Assembly (NCBI GenBank): GCA_046704725.1
Contig: JBJKRI010000003.1
Location: 131,890 to 195,889 of the forward strand
Length of the DNA: 64,000 nt
Direction of reading: 5' to 3'
DNA from: Candidatus Woesearchaeota archaeon
GTDB taxonomy: Archaea > Nanobdellota > Nanobdellia > Woesearchaeales > SKIA01
Made by a program: the position numbers and the translations under genes. Shown here in pieces: positions 45,305 through 53,376 of the stretch. Numbering within the stretch: position 1 is the first letter of the stretch; the number at the start of each line of letters is the position of its first letter. The notes beneath the pieces are model-generated. The model saw only the letters and a list, made by a program, of their open reading frames with translations, ran no database searches and was not told the DNA's origin.

Positions 45305-45671
45305 GTACGCCATAGACAGTTCTGTATGGATAGCGTATCTCGAGGGTCGTGAAGATGTGCGCGGATTCATCGAGGAGCAGAGCTTGCGCACGTGTGCCAT
45401 CGCCATCGCGGAGGTCGCTGGGAGCGTGCTGCATTCCGGCAGCGATCCCACGGCGGATGTCGAGTTCATCCGCACCGTCGCGCGCGTCGTCCCCGTCGAC
45501 GACCGGATCGCGGAGCGTGCCTCTCTCCTGCAGGAACGGCAGCGCAAGAGGCGTCCGAAGTTCGGTCTCGCCGATGCGATCCACTATGAATCGGCCGGGG
45601 ATGCCACGTTCCTCACGCTCGACCATGACTTTGCTGGCCTGAAGGGTGTGAAAGTCCTCTCACGTGGTTAG
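45297..45671 (+). CDS. PIN-domain VapC toxin
   Basis: IDSSVWIAY..AE..GLADAI..LTLD.DF. Confidence 0.88.
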   Translation: MSEYAIDSSVWIAYLEGREDVRGFIEEQSLRTCAIAIAEVAGSVLHSGSDPTADVEFIRTVARVVPVDDRIAERASLLQERQRKRRPKFGLADAIHYESAGDATFLTLDHDFAGLKGVKVLSRG

Positions 45672-45962
45672 GCCGAGCCGCTTGATCGCCCCGCAGTGAT
45701 CGCACGTCAATACGCGTCGCTTGTCGTGCACGCGCACCGTGCAGGTCTTTCCCGGGACCAGCAGCGTGTCGCATTTCAGGCAGAAGGTGCGTTTCTCGTC
45801 CGCGATGCGGATGTTGTGCTTCGTCGCCATGTCCCGCAGCATGGCGATGGCTCGTCTGCTCTGCTTCGGGTCGTCCTCCAACCGTTCTTTCGCGAGATGA
45901 TAGAGATAGTTGATACGCTCCTTGGCGATGCGCGTCGCTCTCTGCGTGTCCGGACGGGCCAT
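45660..45962 (-). CDS. rnp4: Ribonuclease P protein component 4 (Rpp21)
   Basis: IAKERI..L..A..KR.FCLKC..L.PG..VR..TCDHCG...R. Confidence 0.9.
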   Translation of the reverse strand: MARPDTQRATRIAKERINYLYHLAKERLEDDPKQSRRAIAMLRDMATKHNIRIADEKRTFCLKCDTLLVPGKTCTVRVHDKRRVLTCDHCGAIKRLGLTT

Positions 45963-46037
45963 GAAGCAGATACGCTCGCGGAGCATAAGAGCGTATTGGT
46001 TCGGAACACGTAAATACGGGCACGCTCCTCCCTCGGT

Positions 46038-46448
46038 ATGGACGCGCTCGACGTTTTCACAGGGGAGTTCACGACAAGGACCGTCCCGCACCGCACGGTC
46101 AAGGGCTCCTGCTATCTCGATGCGCCCCTTTTGGCCGTGGACGCGCCGCTCTTGTACACGAGCGTCCTGCTCGGCCGTCTGCGTATGGATTCCTTCAAGC
46201 CCAGCCTGCCATTGCTGGATCTTCTCGGACCGCTCACGGAGCGCAAGGCGGTCGTGAACGACAAGGCTGCCTGGCTGTTCATCTGCGGAAAGAACATCCT
46301 CAAGGAGGGCATCGTCTCGCTCTCGCACAAGCAAGGCCACGTCCTGGTCTGCAACACGCGCGACGAGGTCCTGGGCTATGGCAAGGTGACTGGAGCGGGC
46401 ATCACCAACAAGCTCGACAGAGGCGATTTCCTCCGGAGGAAGCGATGA
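46038..46448 (+). CDS. NIP7/PUA-domain ribosome biogenesis protein
   Basis: LGR..F.PS..L..VNDKAAWLFICGK.I..G..N..D.GDFLRR. Confidence 0.7.
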   Translation: MDALDVFTGEFTTRTVPHRTVKGSCYLDAPLLAVDAPLLYTSVLLGRLRMDSFKPSLPLLDLLGPLTERKAVVNDKAAWLFICGKNILKEGIVSLSHKQGHVLVCNTRDEVLGYGKVTGAGITNKLDRGDFLRRKR

Positions 46449-46996
46449 GGATCGGCCTCGACCTGGATGGAACGCTCGCGCAGATGTGGGAGCGCATGAC
46501 GCGTGAGCTGCAGGAGGCTGGCCATCCGGTCGAGTACGAGCAGTTCTATCCCCAAGCAGGCTATGCTCCTGTGCTGACCGCGGAAGAGACGCGGAGGTTC
46601 TATGCCGATCACCGGTCCTTGCTGCGACGCTCCTACGATATCTATCCCGGCGTCCGCGCCGTGCTCGACCTGCTCTCGGACAACGAGTTCGTCGCGGTGA
46701 CCACACGGGTCACCGAGGAGGAGCCGTGCCCGGATACGGTCTTCTGGATCGGCAAGCACGCCCTTCCCATACCTCAGGTCGTCCATTCCGCGGACAAGGC
46801 CGCGAGCTGCCGGAAAGAGGGTGTCGATGTCCTCATCGAGGATACTGCCGAGGAGGCGTTGAAGGTCGCTGAAGCGGGCGTTCCCGTATTCTTGTTCGAC
46901 AAGCACTACAACCGTCACGTGGACCATCCGTTGGTCACCCGCTTCACGCATTGGGTGGAAGTCCCTCGGATGGTCCGGCAGATGCAGGACGATTAG
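46445..46996 (+). CDS. 5'(3')-nucleotidase-like HAD protein
   Basis: RIGLDLDGTL..VTTR..K..LIED..YNR. Confidence 0.8.
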   Translation: MRIGLDLDGTLAQMWERMTRELQEAGHPVEYEQFYPQAGYAPVLTAEETRRFYADHRSLLRRSYDIYPGVRAVLDLLSDNEFVAVTTRVTEEEPCPDTVFWIGKHALPIPQVVHSADKAASCRKEGVDVLIEDTAEEALKVAEAGVPVFLFDKHYNRHVDHPLVTRFTHWVEVPRMVRQMQDD

Positions 46997-48147
46997 CGCA
47001 ATGCCGAAACCGCGGGCAGTTCCTCGCCGCCGATGAGCGTGAGGGTCGCTCCCCCGCCGATGCTCACGTGCGACATCTTGTCCGCGAGGCCGAGCATGTG
47101 CACGGCCGCTCCGGAGTCGCCGCCCCCGACGAGCGTGTATGCCTTGCTCCGCGCCAATGCCTCGGCGATCTCTTGCGTCCCGCGTCGGTAGGGTGCCCAT
47201 TCGAATACGCCGACGGGCCCGCCCCAGACGACGGTGCCCGCATGCTCGATCGCCTCTGTGTATCGGGCCAGTGTTTGCGAGCCGACATCCATGATGACCC
47301 ATTGCGGCGGAATCTCCTTGAGCGGGACTTCCCGATGGTCCGCGTGCTCGGAGAACGCGCTGGCTGCGACGACATCCACGGGGAGCAGGAACTTCTCCTC
47401 GGCGTCCCGCAGGAATTCGCCGGCGATCTCGAGGCTGCGCTCGTCCACCTTGCTGGCCCGCACGTCCGCTCCCGACGCCTTGAGGAATGTGTTGGCGAGC
47501 ACGCCGCCCACGATGATATTGTCCGCGTCCGCGAGCAGATGGTTTATGGCGCCGATCTTGTCCGCTTTGGCGCCGCCGACGATGAGGATGAATGGCCGTT
47601 TGGGATTCTCCAGAGCGTGCTTGACCGCGTCGTGCTCTTTTCGCAGGCTCTCTCCAGCGCCGCTCGGCAGCAACGTCGGCAACACCGTGTTGAGCGCGGA
47701 GGCGCGGTGCGCGTCCGGATAGTCGTCGTTCACGTACGCTTGCGCCAGGCGTGCGAGCTCGCGCGCGAATCCCGGGTCCGCTTCCTGCTCGCGCGGGTCG
47801 TATCGCACGTTCTCGAGCATCGCGACAGCGGGCTTTCCCAACCCTTGCACTTCTTTTTCCGCTTCGGCACCGACCACTGCGGCGATGTGCTTGACTGGTT
47901 TTCCCAATAGTTGCGAGAGCCGTGCCGCGATGGGTTTCGTCGAGAGCGCCGGATCAGTTCCTTTCGGGCGTCCCACATGGCCCACGAGCACGATAGCGCA
48001 TCCTCTCTCGAGCAGCGCCTCTATGGTGGGTATGCTCGCGCGCAGTCGTTCGTCGTCTTGCACCTTGCCTTCGTTGAGCGGTACGTCCAGGCTCATCTGC
48101 ATGAGGACGGTCTTCCCTGCGAGATCGATCTCTGTGTAGCTGCGCAC
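46993..48147 (-). CDS. pgk: Phosphoglycerate kinase
   Basis: DVP..D.R..H.GRP..LENVR..AHR..GGAK.DK..GG..ANTF..DVG..WGGP.G.FE..GGGD..HVS.GGGA; start re-picked at GTG 48147. Confidence 0.95.
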   Translation of the reverse strand: MRSYTEIDLAGKTVLMQMSLDVPLNEGKVQDDERLRASIPTIEALLERGCAIVLVGHVGRPKGTDPALSTKPIAARLSQLLGKPVKHIAAVVGAEAEKEVQGLGKPAVAMLENVRYDPREQEADPGFARELARLAQAYVNDDYPDAHRASALNTVLPTLLPSGAGESLRKEHDAVKHALENPKRPFILIVGGAKADKIGAINHLLADADNIIVGGVLANTFLKASGADVRASKVDERSLEIAGEFLRDAEEKFLLPVDVVAASAFSEHADHREVPLKEIPPQWVIMDVGSQTLARYTEAIEHAGTVVWGGPVGVFEWAPYRRGTQEIAEALARSKAYTLVGGGDSGAAVHMLGLADKMSHVSIGGGATLTLIGGEELPAVSALR

Positions 48148-48283
48148 GGGCTTTCGCGCATCGCGGCGTTTAATAAATGCTCCGTCCGATGCGGACATGC
48201 ATATGTATTGGCTTACATATGGATGCGTCGGGAATTATGTGTATTTCCGACAGGTATATATGGAAGACGCGTATGCCCCTGAT

Positions 48284-49237
48284 ATGGAGCGCAAGCTCGT
48301 CAAGCACGGACCCTCGACGTTCATGGTCTCCCTGCCCAAGCGTTGGGTGGACATGCACGACTTCTCCAAGGGGGATTCGATCACCTACGACGAACGCCCG
48401 GAGGCCGTCACGTTCTTCGCCCCGGAGCGCTCGCCGGAAGGGGGCAGCATCGAGGTCGATATGAGCGGCCTGGACCGTACCTCGATCATGTTCCAGTTGC
48501 GCGCCCTCTACCGCCGCGGATTCTCGGATATCACCGTCCGCTTCTCCTCGCCGCAGGTGATGCATCACCGGACCGGCAAGAACTCGCGCGTCTCTTCCAT
48601 CGTCCTCGAAGAGGTGCGTCGCCTCATCGGCATCGAGATCTCCTCGCACAGCAAGAGCACGATCGTGCTAAAGCAGCTCGCCGAGCCGACCTCCGAGGAA
48701 TTGCGGCCCAGCATGCGTCGTGCGTTCTTCCTCCTCAAGGAGGCGTACGTCGATCTTGTCGACGCGCTCCAGAGCAAGGACCTCGTGGAGCTCGGATCGA
48801 TCGAGGAGAAGCACGACGCCATCACCAAACTCGTGAGCTATTGCCTGCGCGTGCTGCATCAGACGCACCATGAGGAGAACCGTCCGTACTTGATGCACGC
48901 GCTCATGCAGCTCGACCTCATCGTCGATCTGCTCAAGTATTTCGTGCGCGACCTGCAGGCGCGCAGCCAGTCCCTCGGGAAGGATTCTATCGGGGTGTTG
49001 CGCGACATCGGCTCGCTCAACGATCTCGTGGAGAAGATGTACTTCTCGTGGGATAACACCGTCGCCAACACCTTCAACCAGCGTCGAGAGGAGGCCAAGA
49101 GCGACGCTCGCGCGGCGTCCGGCACGGAGAAGGAGCACGTCGCGTATCTCCTTCCGCTCCTAGAGATGTATCGCGATCTCGTCGAAACCAGGATGTGCAT
49201 GACCAAGGAGCTGTTCAGCGCCGAGCATGCTCGATAG
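48284..49237 (+). CDS. AbrB + PhoU-like regulator
   Basis: ERKLVKHG.ST.MVSLPK.W..KGD; LYRRG; LIGIEI..; HD.ITK..YCLR.L. Confidence 0.85.
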   Translation: MERKLVKHGPSTFMVSLPKRWVDMHDFSKGDSITYDERPEAVTFFAPERSPEGGSIEVDMSGLDRTSIMFQLRALYRRGFSDITVRFSSPQVMHHRTGKNSRVSSIVLEEVRRLIGIEISSHSKSTIVLKQLAEPTSEELRPSMRRAFFLLKEAYVDLVDALQSKDLVELGSIEEKHDAITKLVSYCLRVLHQTHHEENRPYLMHALMQLDLIVDLLKYFVRDLQARSQSLGKDSIGVLRDIGSLNDLVEKMYFSWDNTVANTFNQRREEAKSDARAASGTEKEHVAYLLPLLEMYRDLVETRMCMTKELFSAEHAR

Positions 49238-50873
49238 CGAGCAGGAGCCGGCGATGCGCATCCAGCACTTCGTCGGCGGCTTTCGCGGTCTGTTCCGGGA
49301 ACGAATAGAGTATGGGTGTGTAGAGCGGATGCCGTTCCTGCGCTTCCGGCGGTTCTTGCGGTTCCCTTTCTCGTCGTTCCAGTAGTTCGCGAGCCCGATC
49401 CTCGTTCGCGAGCGATCGTTGGATGTCGAAGACCTGGACGTTTGGGAATCGGAGCTGTAGCTTACGGATAGCGTCCTTGCTCCGTGTGGTTATCATGGAG
49501 ACCGCTCCTTTCTTCGGGACGGTCTCGACCCCGTATTCGTATCCTTCCTCCGCATAGGTGAACATGAATGCATCGCGTTTCGTATCGAACGCTTCTGGGC
49601 TCACATGGTAGAATCCGCTCGGCCTTCCCGCTCGTTCCTCCTGCCGTTTCGGTCGTGCCGTTGTCCGCGGCATCAACAGGTGCCACGCATTATAGTGCGA
49701 TAGGAAACTGTTCGCGATGAGTGTCTTTCCGCTGCCTTTCGGGCCATAGATAGCCAGGATGATGGTCGGGTATTCGTCGTCGATCTTCGGAAAATTTCGG
49801 GCTTTTCGCTCGCGCACGATCAGACGTTCCACGCGCTTCTCGAGGTCTTCCCGTTTTGTCATGATGTGATGGACGAATCCTCTCTCGAAATCACGGAGCA
49901 GCCCGGTCTCGTTGCTTCCGGTGCGATATGCCCTGCTGGCGTGGGGCCGTGCCATCTGTGCCTGGCGGAGCACTTCTTGTCCGTCCGCTGTCGCGTCCGC
50001 GAGGACCAGGTCGAAGTTCTGTAGTCGCAGCACTTGACGAGCGCGTTGGAACTCGTGCGTGCCGAGGATATTCCTATAGCCCGCGTTCGTCAATTCCTCG
50101 AACGCGTCGCCGAGCGATTTTGTGTCCGCGTCGTAGATGAGTATTCTCCGGTCGCGGTCTTCCGCTTGCGCATCGCCGAGGATCATGTGTACGATCACCT
50201 CCGGGTCGCTGTTCAGGCCGAGGAGCTGGTGCTCGAAAAGACCCGCCGCGAACCGGTCCTCCGGCGAGACGGTCGTTGGCAGGAAGTACGCATCCACTCC
50301 GTACCATCGTAGCGTCCCTCCGATTCCTCCCTGGTCGTCCGCGCTCACTATGGCCGCGAAATAGCGATGCTCATCGAGCCTCTGGTCGAGGGCGGCGTCT
50401 GCCGTGGAATATCTGTCCACCGCGTATCCTGCTTTCTGGAATTGGTCCGCCGTCTCCTCCAATAGCACGTCCGTGAGCCCTTTGCGTTCTGGATCGCTGA
50501 GCATGAGGATGCGTGGTTCCGCATCCCTATAGCGCGTTTCCTGATGGAGCGTTTTGAGTGCTTCGGGTGTCACCATGTGGACATTCTCGGCGGTGTAGTG
50601 CATCCCGCGGGAGTTCAGGACGTATATCGGAGGGGGGAAGCGCTGCTCTCGCTTGGCCAGGCTATTGATCATGTTGATGACCTCAACGGCATCGGCGGCA
50701 TCAGCGTCCACGCCGACGATCCCTCTATCGTCCCGAACGGCTCTACTGAGGAATGTTTGCAGCAATTCGCCCTCAGAAGGATGTTCGGGCGTTAGGCTCT
50801 GCATATCGGCGATGGACAGCACGGAGTCGCCGTATGGTCCGCTCGTAACGAGGTACGCGGTCCGCTTCTCCAC
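49215..50873 (-). CDS. Fusion of degenerate receiver-like domains and a guanylate-kinase-like domain
   Basis: RILIYDAD..L..AGY..FDLVLAD; C-terminal GPKGSGKT, RTTARPKR..E, Y.VS.EAF, YEYG. Confidence 0.6.
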   Translation of the reverse strand: MEKRTAYLVTSGPYGDSVLSIADMQSLTPEHPSEGELLQTFLSRAVRDDRGIVGVDADAADAVEVINMINSLAKREQRFPPPIYVLNSRGMHYTAENVHMVTPEALKTLHQETRYRDAEPRILMLSDPERKGLTDVLLEETADQFQKAGYAVDRYSTADAALDQRLDEHRYFAAIVSADDQGGIGGTLRWYGVDAYFLPTTVSPEDRFAAGLFEHQLLGLNSDPEVIVHMILGDAQAEDRDRRILIYDADTKSLGDAFEELTNAGYRNILGTHEFQRARQVLRLQNFDLVLADATADGQEVLRQAQMARPHASRAYRTGSNETGLLRDFERGFVHHIMTKREDLEKRVERLIVRERKARNFPKIDDEYPTIILAIYGPKGSGKTLIANSFLSHYNAWHLLMPRTTARPKRQEERAGRPSGFYHVSPEAFDTKRDAFMFTYAEEGYEYGVETVPKKGAVSMITTRSKDAIRKLQLRFPNVQVFDIQRSLANEDRARELLERREREPQEPPEAQERHPLYTPILYSFPEQTAKAADEVLDAHRRLLLAIEHARR

Positions 50874-50910
50874 GATGAAGAGAAAGAGCCTGCCCTTTAT
50901 ATTCTCGAGT

Positions 50911-51897
50911 CTATAGACTCGCTATCAGGTCGACCAAGCGGTTGGAGTAGCCCCATTCGTTGTCGTACCACGCGAGCAGCTTGATGGTGCGTTTTTGCAG
51001 CACGTGCGTCTCTAGCGAGTCGAACACGCAGCTGTGGGTGTTTCCCACGATGTCCGTGCTCACCAGCGGCTCCTCCGAGTATTCCATGATGCCTTTGAGG
51101 TGGTGCTCGGCTACGTTCTTGAACAGCTCGTTGAGTTGCTCGACGGTCACGTCTTTCTTGAGCGTGCATGTCAGGTCGGTGATGCTCCCGTCGGGGACCG
51201 GGACGCGGATGGCAAGGCCGGTCACTTTTCCCTTCACGCTGGGGATCGCTTTCTCTACGGCGATGGCCGCGCCGCTCGTCGTCGGCACGATGTTGATGGC
51301 GCACGCCCGCGCGCGGCGCAGGTCCTTGTGCGGCCCGTCCACGTGGCGTTGGTCGCCCGTGTACGCGTGGATGGTGTTGAAGTAGCCGACCTCGATGCCA
51401 AAGTTGTCCTCGAGGACCTTGACCAAGGGTGCGAGGCAGTTGCTCGTGCAGCTCGCCATGCTGATGATGCGCTCGTCCCCGAGCTCGTGCTCGTTGATGC
51501 CGAGGATGATGGTCTTCGTCTCCTCGTCCTTGGCTGGCGCGCTGATGACCACGCGCTTCGCGCCGGCGTCGAGGTGCGCCTGGCATTTCTCCGTCGTCCG
51601 GAAAAAGCCCGTCGATTCGACGACGACGTCCACGTCGTATTCCTTCCACGGCAGCTTGGAGGGGTCCTTCTCCGCGAAGACGCGTATCTTGTTCCCGTCC
51701 ACGATGATGTGCTGGTCATCGTGGCCGATCTCGTTGGGCAGCGTGCCGTGCACGCTGTCGTGCTTGAGCAGGTGCGCGAGCGTCTTGGTGTCCGTGAGGT
51801 CGTTGACCGCCACGACCTCCATGTGCTCCTTGTTGATGCCCGCCCGAAAGACCATGCGTCCGATGCGTCCGAAACCGTTTATCGCTACCCTGACCAT
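50911..51897 (-). CDS. gap: Type I (bacterial-type) glyceraldehyde-3-phosphate dehydrogenase
   Basis: AINGFGRIGR, ASCTSNCLAP, RRARA..NIVP, WYDNEWGYS. Confidence 0.97.
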   Translation of the reverse strand: MVRVAINGFGRIGRMVFRAGINKEHMEVVAVNDLTDTKTLAHLLKHDSVHGTLPNEIGHDDQHIIVDGNKIRVFAEKDPSKLPWKEYDVDVVVESTGFFRTTEKCQAHLDAGAKRVVISAPAKDEETKTIILGINEHELGDERIISMASCTSNCLAPLVKVLEDNFGIEVGYFNTIHAYTGDQRHVDGPHKDLRRARACAINIVPTTSGAAIAVEKAIPSVKGKVTGLAIRVPVPDGSITDLTCTLKKDVTVEQLNELFKNVAEHHLKGIMEYSEEPLVSTDIVGNTHSCVFDSLETHVLQKRTIKLLAWYDNEWGYSNRLVDLIASL

Positions 51898-52070
51898 GCG
51901 TGGCGCGCACGCAACGAGCCATTTAAGGATTTGGTACCACTCGCTCGTACACTCGTTCTTCCCTCCTTTTCGTTGCTTGGCGATTGATGTGCGAACGGCG
52001 CATCGTCGGCGTCATAGGCGATTGGCGAGTCATCTGCAAGCTTTATATTCCGGGCGTCGTGTGATGCGCC

Positions 52071-52385
52071 ATGGCGGTCGAGCTCTCCATGGTATTTGTC
52101 GGTACCTTGCTTCTCGCGCTCCTCGCTTTCTTCTGGCTGAGCGGTCTGCTCATGGCTGGCGTTGACGTCGCGGGTTTCGGCGCGATCGACACGGAGCTTG
52201 TGGACGTGAAGTATCTCATCCGGTACGTGATCACGAGCATCCTCGCGGGTTTTACCGGATTGTACATCTTCGTGCACAATCACAGCACGACGGGCGGTGA
52301 GGCCGTGTCCGCGGCGTTCATCAGCGTCGCGATCTGGGCGGTGATCCTCGTGCTGCTCGATCTCTTCGCCGTCGAGACGGAGTAG
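52071..52385 (+). CDS. Hypothetical membrane protein (3 TM)
   Basis: TTTATATT box ~25 bp upstream; hydrophobic helices. Confidence 0.65.
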   Translation: MAVELSMVFVGTLLLALLAFFWLSGLLMAGVDVAGFGAIDTELVDVKYLIRYVITSILAGFTGLYIFVHNHSTTGGEAVSAAFISVAIWAVILVLLDLFAVETE

Positions 52386-52387
52386 GA

Positions 52388-53332
52388 TTAACTACGTGCC
52401 GCAGCAGTTTCAAGTTTCTTCTGCCTTTCGATGTGGCAGCCGAATCCCACAGCATCTGAAAGTGCTTGCAAGTCTTTTGCGCCCACATAGGCTACCCACA
52501 TGCCAGGCCGATCTTTTCGTTCAGAGATTTTGTGAGAGATATCAACGAGATTAAGGATCCGAGACAGCGTCCTGATCGCGAATTCATCTTTCATCTCTAC
52601 TCGTACGTATCGCTCTCTTGAATTCCTCACAGTCCCTTCTCCTGCAAGGATGCCGCGTGCCCAAGCGATTGCGAGATCCTTTTCCATCAGTATGTCTTCT
52701 ATGCGCTTCCTAGCCAATCCGCTGATAATCCGACAGATCACTGCTGAATAAATTATCACGCGATATTTCGTGATCTTATTGTATTTCCCGAACTTTCTTC
52801 TCGAAATCGGAAGATCCATTGACTGGATCGCTGTCCCTCCAATGGGATCGATCGCCACTAAGCGCGCTTCGATCCCGGGGAACATTTTGGTCAGTGTCCG
52901 CTTGAGAAATGACACGACTGACTGCTCTGAATTCGTGATGATGAGTTTTGACGTGTTTCGATCTCCCTCGGCGTGATACAATCCCATCAACTGGACCATC
53001 TCGTCATCTAGTGAGAGCCATCGTTGGACATTGATCGGCGGGTTTCTCGATCCCCACACATACAGCGAACGCACTTTACTGAATGCGTAGTCGGTGTCTA
53101 TGCCCAATTCATTCAAGAGCTTGATGAAGCGTGGGAACGGGAAGCTCTTCTGTTTCAGGTTCCATCTGAATGCTTCTTTGCTCACTCCTAAACTCCTTGC
53201 CATACTGGCTTGGGACGGCCGCTCGTGTATCCTCGCTTGGATTTCCTTCGATAGGTCTTCCGATAGTTGAGGAAACACCGCCGCATCTTCAGAAAGAAGT
53301 GAATAGACATCTACGTTCATTGCATTTCGCAA
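52388..53332 (-). mobile_element. Free-standing double-motif LAGLIDADG homing-endonuclease-like gene with N-terminal HTH
   Basis: LMGLYHAEG and WARGILAGEG helices; SQASMARSLGVS HTH; visibly lower GC than flanks. Confidence 0.75.
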
Positions 53333-53376
53333 CGATTCGATGCTGTAAAGGCTTGTTGGCGTGGATGTCCAGTGGC

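Noticed and set aside
51960-52040. Weak hairpin upstream of gap
   Set aside because: A short stem with G-U pairing, expected by chance at this GC content
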